26,474 nt of DNA from Chiloscyllium plagiosum (Eukaryota), in NCBI RefSeq assembly GCF_004010195.1, contig NC_057752.1, positions 15,643,031 through 15,669,504 on the forward strand, given 5' to 3'. Under the pieces are notes generated by a model, which was not told the DNA's origin, did no database searches, and saw only the letters and a list, made by a program, of their open reading frames with translations. This document shows positions 1-8,514 of this stretch, piece after piece. The translations under genes and the position numbers were made by a program. Within the stretch, counting starts at the first letter, position 1. The number at the start of each line of letters is the position of its first letter.

Positions 1-330
1 AGAATAAGTTCCTGACCATTTGGATTGGTCGATGCATTTTCTGAGTGAAGAGATCAATTACTTTGAGCTGTGAACTCTCTCTGATCCAGAATGGAATGAA
101 GCCCCTTATTTTATTCTCTGCAGTGACTGCCAGGGGAAACTGTGGTTGTAACATTGTTAGAGTTGAGTATTTTCTGAAGAATTCACAAACAAGGGTTACG
201 ACAGCTGAGTTAACTCCTGGTGATAGAGATGTTTTGGACAGCTCTGCAGCTCAATTGAGAGGAAGAAATTCAATTGACACATTCTTCGCTTCAAAGATAT
301 CTCAAAGTACTCCCACTCAGCGTTTTCATT

Positions 331-664
331 ATAGAATCCCTGCAGCGTGGAAACGGGCCAGCATCTGGCCCAACAGGTCCACGCTGACCCACTCAAGAGT
401 AACCCATCCAGACCCATTCCACTACAACACTACCTTATTCCTGACTAATGCACCTAACCTACACATTGCTGAATAATATTGGCGATTTAGCATGGCCAAT
501 TCACGGAACCTGCACATCTTTGAATTGTGAGTGGAAACCAGAGCAAACCCACGCAGAAACAGGGATAATGTGCAAATTCCACACACGCAGCGGCCTGAGG
601 CTAGAATTGAAATGGGTCCCTGGTGCTTTGAGGTAGCAATGCTAACCACTGAGACACTGCCGCT
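331..664 (-). mobile_element. tRNA-derived V-SINE (HE1-like), near full length
   Basis: The minus strand begins with A-box-like GTCTCAGTGGTTAGC and B-box-like TTTCAATTCTAGC. It continues with the V-domain (GTGTGGAATTTGCACATT...CTGCGTGGGTTT...AAAGATGTGCAGG) and a LINE-like 3' tail (GGCCCGTTTCCACGCTGCAGGGATTCTA). Homologous to copies at 15433, 19570 and 24839. Confidence 0.85.
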
Positions 665-807
665 CTAAATGATTGGGCTCTCCCCGGTGGTAGGTCTTGC
701 CGCAGGGTCTGTGCTGACTGTGTCAGCTCTCTGTCAGAGCAGCTCAGCTTGTCTCAATCAGTAATCCCACTTCAACCATCACTTCACTGTTTCCCTCGGC
801 CAGATCA

Positions 808-1321
808 GGAGTAATGCGTCCAGTTCTGGTCGCCCTGTTATAGAAAGGATAAAATTAAGCTGGAGAGTGTTCAGAAAAGATTTACCAGGATGTTCCGAGG
901 ACTAGAAAGTTTCTGTTGTAGGGAGAAGTTGGATAGGCTGGGACTGTTTTCACAGAATCGCAGGAGGTTGAGTGGTGACCTTATAAAGTTTTGTAAAAAC
1001 ATAAGGTGTAAAAATGAGGTGAATGGAAGTTATCTCTTTTCCCTCTGGGGGGGAATTTCCAGATTAGGTGCAATCTTTAATGTGAAAGGAGAAAGATTGA
1101 TAACAGACATGAGGGTATTATGCTTTGTGTGCAGAACGAACCCCCAGAGAAAGTGGTGGATGTGGATGTTTAAAAGGCATTTTACATAAATGTGAAATGG
1201 CAGGATATGGGCCAAGGGCGGGCAGATGGGACTGGCTTAGTTTGGAATCATGGTCAGCATGGACTGGTTGGACCTAAGGGTCTGTTTCCATTCTGTATGA
1301 CTCTCTGACTCTATGACTCTA
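808..1321 (+). mobile_element. CR1-clade LINE, 5'-truncated 3' end
   Basis: Encodes a degenerate ORF2 C-terminus (VQFWSPCYRKDKIKLESVQKRFTRMFRGL...LDRLGLFS...RRRLSGDLI), followed by a 3' UTR ending in a (TGACTCTA)-like microsatellite tail at about 1298-1321. Confidence 0.85.
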
Positions 1322-1602
1322 GGATTGAGCTAATTAGTCAATGCCCTTCAGATGCAATCTTTCTTAACCACACTCCAAGACCATTCATTTCATATCCCTA
1401 CCACTGCCCTGTCAAAGGAACGTTTTGCATCAGGACACACTTTCTTTCATTGCTATTCAGTGTGTATCTGTGTCTTTGATGAACTTTCCCCCAACTTCTT
1501 TGGCTCATTGTGGATCTCCCTTTGCTTCTGTTACCTTTTTGAGTCTCTGCAGCACGCAATTTCTGGAAAGCGAAATCTCTATAACATTTCTCACCCTACA
1601 CC

Positions 1603-1967
1603 TGTCACTTTAAAAGGCTATGTTGTCGTTGTTTTTTTTTTGAAGAGTGTTCGTAAAGGCAGAGGTCCCGAGGAGTCTGGGGAGTTGAACAGAATAACAA
1701 TGGAAGGGGATCGGCCAGTTCTCCCAGATCAGGCCTTCTCCAGTTTTTCCTTGCTGCAGCATTCACAAGATGTTGGAGTCCGGAAATGTTGCAAGTTTCA
1801 GTAAAGGATTCCACTGACTTTCTCTGAAATTAATCTCTGGATGTTGTTCTCTCCTGCCTGTAAGAATCTGTGTTTCAATTTACCTTTCTGCGTCGGGCCG
1901 TGCTTATGGGATGTTACTGTATTGGAACAGCTGGTTAGTTAAGTTCCTGTTTCGGGTCAGTTAGGTT
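1603..1967 (+). mobile_element. Truncated gypsy-type LTR fragment, related to the LTR at 1968-2814 but in opposite orientation
   Basis: 1873-1930 matches the reverse complement of 2710-2767 at 47/58 positions (counted by hand). TGTCACTTTAAAAG at 1603 resembles the start of the minus-strand LTR (TATCACTTTAAAAAG). Confidence 0.6.
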
Positions 1968-2173
1968 TGTTATGGACCAAGTCAGACTCCCCTCAAAATA
2001 TCTTAAGGAGGTAGCCTCGACCCTAACATTTTCTTATTATAAAGGCAGATGTGAAGTCGTTATTCCAGGTGTGATGCAGCTGGTCAAACCAGTCGGCTTT
2101 AAGCAATACTAATTTAATTTAAGCACTACAGTTGAAGCACAAACTAAAGAAATCGGAATTTAGGATAAAATAA

Positions 2174-2282
2174 CGATGGGCCAAATACTGGCAATGGGAC
2201 GAGATCGGGTTAGAAAATTTGGTCGGCATGGATGTGTTGCACCTAGGGGTGTGTTTCCGTGCTGTCCAACTCTGTGACTGTA
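2174..2282 (+). mobile_element. CR1 LINE 3' UTR fragment inserted in the LTR
   Basis: GATGGGCCAAATACTGGCAATGGGAC...GGTCGGCATGGA...GTGTTTCCGTGCTGTCCAACTCTGTGACT parallels the CR1 3' UTR at 1205-1320. Confidence 0.7.
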
Positions 2283-2294
2283 CTGGAAAGCTTA

Positions 2295-2675
2295 CCATTA
2301 TACTCGAGTAATAGTCGGATTTCTTTGACTTCTTTTTATGTTTAAATCTAGGGGATTGACCGTGACATGGATACCACTTTTGAGTGACTGAAATTCACTC
2401 CATATCATTTGCAGAAATCCAATTGATTTCTCAACAAATAAAGAGAAAAAACACAATGAATTACAGTAATGCTGAAAACCCAGAGAAGAGCAGATCAGCC
2501 TGAGCACTAGTAGACCTGGAACGGAGCACGACGGTGGGAACACTGACTGATAAATGGTGATCTGTTCTCTGTGAAGGACTCAGGTTGTCCTCTACACAAG
2601 ATATATCGAAAATTCTAGATTTTTGGCCAGAAATAGGTGTTTACATGAGATCTGCTATTACTCGAGTATGTATGG
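2295..2675. mobile_element. Non-autonomous Tc1/mariner-pogo-type MITE (381 bp)
   Basis: Terminal inverted repeats CCATTATACTCGAGTAATAGTCGGATTTC (from 2295) and GAGATCTGCTATTACTCGAGTATGTATGG (to 2675), flanked by TA at 2293-2294 and 2676-2677. No transposase ORF. Confidence 0.8.
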
Positions 2676-2814
2676 TAACCGACCCAATAGAGTAATTATT
2701 ACTAATTAACTGTTCCAATACAGTAATATCTCATGAACACACCCCTTCGCAAAAAGGGAAATTCAAAAGTACCAAGGACAAATAATCTTTTTAAAGTGAT
2801 AGCATGAACGCACA

Positions 2815-2824
2815 TCCCCCCTTT
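2815..2824 (-). promoter_or_regulatory. Polypurine tract (PPT) of LTR retrotransposon
   Basis: Minus strand AAAGGGGGGA, preceded by a T-run and directly abutting the TG of the 3' LTR. Confidence 0.7.
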
Positions 2825-3149
2825 AAAAAAATGAACCACCAAAATACAACGGTGGCTTCACTTTAAACCCCTTAGTCTTACTCTGTTAGGACAAAACACA
2901 CATATACTACATTGACTATTTGCAAGCAAAAATTCGCAATTACATTCTATATCAATCGATTCACTTCTGCCACTGAATGCCTCAATTTTTCTTCATCCAA
3001 GTCTCGACAACACGTCGACTATTACATTTTCTTATCCTGCCACGCGTATAATTTTTAAATTGAATGGCTGCAGTAATAAGCTCAATTTAAACAGCCTGGA
3101 ATTTTGTCCTTAAATTTCTCCACAAACCTTGATGAGTTACAATGAGTAT

Positions 3150-4290
3150 ATATAATTGTCTCAGATACAGTAATGGCAATATAGATGTGGAAATATTGCA
3201 ACACAAACACCAAGCACAAAGTCTCCTTCTCAATTGTGGAATATTTCTGTTAATGAACATTCAATTTCTGGGAGAAATACCCAATAGGTCTTTCCATCTT
3301 CTTGTCATCTTCCTATAAGTGGACAGCACCGATAGCCAATCACCTGCATTGATAACCACCTTGAAGTTCTTTGCGTAATTAGGTGTGGATAATAGTGGGG
3401 CAGTGATTCACATAGCTTTCAGGCTGTCAAATGCTGTCTGACAGATTGCTGACATTGCAATTTTCTGCACTTCTTCAAAAAGTCAGTGAGTGGAGCAGCC
3501 ACTCTGCTAAAATTTGGCATGAATTTCTGATAAAGGCCACTCAATCCCAGTAATTATAGTACTGCTCTTTTCGTTGATGGTATGGAAACTTCCCAATAAC
3601 CATTGTTGTCACATTCCGTGGGTCCATCTATCCATGTCCGATATCATGACCCAGGAACGTGACTTGGGTTTTAGCAAATTCACTCTTATCCAGCTTTATC
3701 ACCAAGCTGACTTTCTGAAGTCAATCAAATAACTCTGATCGATGCAGCAAATATTCCTCACGTGTGAATAAAAATAACCAGGTCATCGATGTATTCAACA
3801 CAACTGGGTAATTCAGAAATGACTTTATTGTTTAGTCTTTGAAATGTGGTTGGTACATTTTTCATACCAAATGGCATGACTTTAAACTGATACAGTCCAT
3901 TTGGTGTTTCGAAAACTGAAATTGTAATCCCTGTTTCAGATTATGGTACCTGCCAGTCTCCTAAGATTAAGCCCAATTTGGAAATATTAGTTTCTGCTCC
4001 CACATTCTCAACACAGTCTTTCAAGCGTAGAATTGGATATGAATCAGACATTGTAACTGCATGGTCTTGGCAATATTCTGCACATAATTGTTGGGTACCA
4101 TGTGGTTTTGACACCATTACTACGGGGGAGCTCCAGACACTGCAATTCACTTTGATTATGTTGTCTTTGCACATGCACTCAATCTCGTTTCGAAGCTGTG
4201 CCAACTTCAGTGTGTTACGTCGAGAGGGAGGTTGCTTTCTTGGATCAGTTTTTTTCCCTAAATCATGCATAATTTAGGAAAAGTGCATAA
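3150..4290 (-). pseudogene. Ty3/gypsy pol remnant, copy A: RT + RNase H (frameshifts, stops)
   Basis: WSSPVVMVSKPHGTQQLC...DSYPILRLKDC (ORF 3941-4270), MPFGMKN, YIDDL at about 3779-3793, and RNase H-like RPIGYFSQKL...KYSTIEKE at about 3225-3290. Confidence 0.85.
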
Positions 4291-4319
4291 TTATGTGTGG
4301 CGAACTCTGGGCCAGTGGT

Positions 4320-5200
4320 TAACACAGCTTGCAGGCTATAAAATGCCTTCTGCTGTCCAATGAAACTACTTGCCTTTCTTAAGCAATTCAGTAAGAAGAG
4401 CAGCCACACTGCTAAACTTTACTATGCATTACCGATAAAATCCACAAAATCCCAAGAATCGTAGTACTGCTTTTTTTGTGGATGGCATGGGAAACTCCCC
4501 AATTATCTTTGCTTTTGCATTCCATGGTGTCGTTTGTCCATGTCCAATAACATGGACCAGGAAGGTGACTTGGGCTTTGGCAAATTCACTTTAAACAAGA
4601 TTAATCACTAAGCCTGCCTCCCAAAGTCGATCAAACAATTCTAATTAATGTTGCAAATGTTCCTTACATGTGCGAGTAAAAATCACCAGGTCATCAATAT
4701 AAACTACACCATTGGGTCTTCTGGGAATGACCTTATTGACGAGTCTTCGAAATGTGGCTGGCGCATTTTTCATACCAAATGGCATGACTTTAAGTTGGGA
4801 CAGTCCATTCGTTGTTACAAGCCAAAATCGTCTTCACTCTTTTGGACACAGGTTCCTGCCAACATCCTCTGAGCAAGTAGAACTTTGAAATATAAGTCGC
4901 TTCTCCCACATTTTCAACACCGCCTTCCAAACATGGAATTGGATACGAATCAGACTTTGTAACTGTATTAAATTTACGATAGCCCACACAAAACCGTTGG
5001 GTACCATCTGGTTTTGGCACCATTACTATAGGTGAGCTCCAGTCACTGTAACTCACTTTGTTTATGTTGTTTTTGGAGTAGGCGTTCAACCTCCTTTTCA
5101 ACTTGTGCCAGCTTTAGAGAGTTATGCCTATAAGGATGTCACTTCATTGGATCAGCATTATCTATACATACATCATGCATAATTAGATTAGTACTTCCCA
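4320..5200 (-). pseudogene. Ty3/gypsy pol remnant, copy B: RT (diverged from copy A)
   Basis: SDWSSPIVMVPKPDGTQRFCVGYRKFNTVTKSDSYPIP (ORF 4790-5101), [13 protein letters not shown], and VYIDDL at about 4688-4705. Confidence 0.85.
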
Positions 5201-5399
5201 ATTTATTTCAACATACCTCTTCATGTGATAGCAATAACTCTTTCAGGCGATTTCAGTTCTCCTCATGGAAGGTAACTCAATGACTTATTCCAATTTTTGA
5301 CGACTTCTCCTTTTGCTTTACTTCCCTGTCAAAAGATCTTTTGAACATATCCTGGAGTCCTTATCAAATAGTTCACCTCACTCAAGCTCCTTTTGACTT

Positions 5400-6021
5400 A
5401 TTAAGGTCCACTAAACCTTGCTTTTCAAAGTTCATCTATCACTGGAAGTCACTCTAACATCTTATCTCCGAGAGCAAAATTGTGAGCTTTTGATTTCTGG
5501 CCTGCTTCCTGTTTTATTGTATGCTGTGATACTTTTAAATGCTGTCTAACCAACTCGCCCACTCTATTTAATCATTCCCTAAAATTTGACACATGCCCCA
5601 AATGTGTGGTCTCTGAATTCTGACACCAATTTCTCCTTAATCAAGTTCAGAGGTCCTCTCACTTTATGCCCAAAAGCTAATTCAAATGGATTGAATTTGG
5701 TCGATTCATTTGGTACATCTCTGATGGAAAAAAGTACGAATGGAATTCCTTTATCCCAATTATCTAGATAGTCTTGACTATTAACCGTAAACACGGTCTT
5801 CAATATCTGATGCCTCCTTTCTCGCACTCTTTGTGATTCTGGATGGTATGCAGTGGTTTTGAAGTGTTTTATTCCGAAGCTGTCCATAACTTCCTTGAAT
5901 AATTTTGATGCCAAGTTTGACGTTGATCTGATTATATCTCGGTGGGTAGTCTATATCTCGTGAAACTTTTGAGTAACTCCTTCATAATCCTGTGATAATG
6001 TGTAATGGGACAGCCTCTGGA
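5400..6021 (-). pseudogene. Ty3/gypsy integrase (rve core) remnant, upstream of RT; runs into assembly gap
   Basis: FTRYRLPTEI*SDQ, GIKHFKTTAYHPESQ...ERRHQILK...WDKGIPFVLFSIRDVPNESTKFNPFELAFGHKVRGPL (ORF 5579-5914). Confidence 0.85.
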
Positions 6022-6521
6022 NNNNNNNNNNNNNNNNNNNNNNNNNNNNNNNNNNNNNNNNNNNNNNNNNNNNNNNNNNNNNNNNNNNNNNNNNNNNNNN
6101 NNNNNNNNNNNNNNNNNNNNNNNNNNNNNNNNNNNNNNNNNNNNNNNNNNNNNNNNNNNNNNNNNNNNNNNNNNNNNNNNNNNNNNNNNNNNNNNNNNNN
6201 NNNNNNNNNNNNNNNNNNNNNNNNNNNNNNNNNNNNNNNNNNNNNNNNNNNNNNNNNNNNNNNNNNNNNNNNNNNNNNNNNNNNNNNNNNNNNNNNNNNN
6301 NNNNNNNNNNNNNNNNNNNNNNNNNNNNNNNNNNNNNNNNNNNNNNNNNNNNNNNNNNNNNNNNNNNNNNNNNNNNNNNNNNNNNNNNNNNNNNNNNNNN
6401 NNNNNNNNNNNNNNNNNNNNNNNNNNNNNNNNNNNNNNNNNNNNNNNNNNNNNNNNNNNNNNNNNNNNNNNNNNNNNNNNNNNNNNNNNNNNNNNNNNNN
6501 NNNNNNNNNNNNNNNNNNNNN
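6022..6521. other. Assembly gap (500 N)
   Basis: Run of N. Confidence 1.
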
Positions 6522-7342
6522 CCCTCTGCTCCCTGTCCATTCATGTATCTGTCTAGATACATTGTCGTACCCACTTCTACCACCTCCACTGACAATGTGT
6601 TCCAGGCACCCATCACTATCTATGCAAAGAACTTTCCATGCATGTCTCCCTTAAACTTTCCCCCTCACTTGAACCCATGACCCCTTGTAACTGAATCCAC
6701 CACCCCCGTGAAAAATTTCTTGCTGTCCACCCTGTCAAAACCTCTCGTGATTTTGTAGATCTCAATCAGGTCCACCCTCAACTGTTTTTCTACTGAACGT
6801 AATTCTCATCTACTCGACCTCTCTTCATAGCTATCACCCTCCATACGAGACAAAATCCTGGTGAACCCCGTCTGCAGCCTTACCAAAGCATCCACATCCT
6901 TTTGGTAACGTGGCGACCAGAACTGTACGCAGTATTTCAAATATGGCTGAACCAAAGTCTTATACAACTGTAACATGACTTGCCAACTCTTGTACTCAAT
7001 ATCCCATCCGATGAAGGAAAGCATGCCGTATGTCTTCTTGACCACTTTGCTAACCTGCATTGCTTTCTTCATGTTACAATGGATCTGAACACGCAGATCT
7101 CTCTGCACATCAATTATCCCAAGGCTTTTCCATTTATTATATAGTTCGCCCTTAAATTGGATCTTCTAAAATGCATCACCTCGCATTTGCCTGGATTGAA
7201 ATCCATCTGCCATTTCTTCACCCAACTCTCCAAACAATCTGTATTCTGTTGCATTCTATGATAGTCCCATTCACGATCTGCTGCTCCACCAATCTTAGTG
7301 TCATCCGCAGACTTGCTAATTAGACCTCCTCCACCTTCCTCT
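6522..7342 (-). mobile_element. CR1-clade LINE ORF2 C-terminal fragment
   Basis: ISKSADDTKIGG-like RT motif near 7290-7320; QRDLRVQIH...[18 protein letters not shown] (ORF 6806-7108). Confidence 0.85.
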
Positions 7343-7477
7343 TAGAGCAGGCTCGGCCATTTTATGCAATCCTTTCACTGAAAACATATTCCCACCTGTT
7401 AATTTTAATGTCTCAACAGGTATCACGATCTTCCTTGAACATACATGCTCTCAAATCACCGCGTCTCTTCCACTCAC

Positions 7478-7910
7478 ATTCCATCTCTCTCTCTGTCGTT
7501 CTCGCCCTGACCTGACACACTCCCATCTCTTAGATCTTTTCACTCTGCCCTGACCTATGTCGCTGTCTGTTTCATCCCCCTTATTTTGGTCATTCTATCT
7601 TGCTCTATCTCTCTCACCCCATCCCTGCCTCTCTCTCAGCCAAATCCTTTGTCCTTCTCATCCTTTCTCCATCACATCCCCAGTGACTCACAGACTGTGT
7701 CACCATCTCTATCACTCCATATATCTTTCAGCCTCTCTCTTTATCTCTCTTCCTTGTCTCTCTTTGATATTCTGTCTCTCTGTCTGTCTCTCTCTACACC
7801 ACAGTCTCTCTCTCTCTCTTTCTGTCATCCTATCTTTCTATCCAATCTCTCTCTCATTTTGTCTTTTTCTGTGCCCCGTCTCTGCCTGTGCCTGTCTTTC
7901 CTCCTCTTGC
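7478..7910. repeat. CT-rich low-complexity / degenerate (CT)n tract
   Basis: Polypyrimidine sequence with CTCT/CTGT units. The Ser/Leu-rich ORFs 7557-7943 and 7586-7918 are artefacts of it. Confidence 0.85.
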
Positions 7911-7989
7911 TACTGTAGTAATTGTAACAAGGTCAGTCAGTAGGATCTCAGAGAATTTGGTGGGATCAGCGGCCTCCATCTTGCCACAG

Positions 7990-8490
7990 CAGCAGTGGGA
8001 CTGGTGAGAGTGTGGAGGAAGGGGCTGCTGGGAAGGTCAATTAACCCTTTACTAACTTATCCCATGAATACGCGGATCACACGTTAGCAGAAGCACACAA
8101 GGGACTGCTGAGTAAGTGAGGTAATATATTTGGGTGGTTGCTTTACCTAAAACACTACTTCGGTAGGGTCTCTCACCAATCCTACTCCTCTTCCTCTAAC
8201 CAAAAAAAAAAGGTTTTGTGCACCGATTCATTCAGGTAAGTAGTTGTTTCAATAGTCTGTTTGGGAATTCAGAACAGTGGGAATGGATGTAAGGGCAGTT
8301 GCATGATCCTCCGGCCGGATGTGGGAAGTAAGGGTCACTAATCGTGTCCCCAATTACTTCATCTGTCAGAATTTCTCCCAGTTCCAGCTCCTCGGAAACT
8401 GTATTAGGGAACTGGAGCTGGAGCTGGATGAACTTCGCATCATTTGGAAGGCAGAGGATTTATCATACATGAATTCCAGGGACGTAGTCT
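7990..8490 (+). mobile_element. CR1 LINE 5' part (5' UTR and ORF1 N-terminus), interrupted at 8490
   Basis: From ATG 8283: MDVRAVA*SSGRMWEVRVT...FICQNFSQFQLL...IRELELELDELRII...RDVV, a degenerate Zn-finger plus coiled coil typical of CR1 ORF1. It continues at 10781. The 5' boundary is approximate. Confidence 0.75.
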
Positions 8491-8514
8491 TGAGGATCTA
8501 AAATTTGAATTTAG

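Larger units (their letters stand above)
1968..2814 (-). mobile_element. 3' LTR of the gypsy (Gmr1-like) element, interrupted by two younger insertions
   Basis: On the minus strand it begins TG (2814) immediately after a polypurine tract and ends ...CCATAACA (1968). It lies downstream of the RT/RNase H remains. Confidence 0.7.

Noticed and set aside
45..476. 143-aa ORF, and similar ORFs at 1352-1804 and 24467-24991
   Set aside because: No recognisable domain; they run into SINE or LTR sequence and are consistent with chance ORFs.
5932..6654. Long ORFs of 183-221 aa in the ORF track (also those across 10248-10654)
   Set aside because: They are artefacts of N runs.
7557..7943. Ser/Leu-rich ORFs of 110-128 aa
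   Set aside because: They are translations of CT-rich low-complexity sequence.
7914..7975. TGTAGTAATTGTAACAAGGTCAG..., possibly the start of another LTR
   Set aside because: Short, with no partner end or TSD in the window; only a vague recollection supports it.
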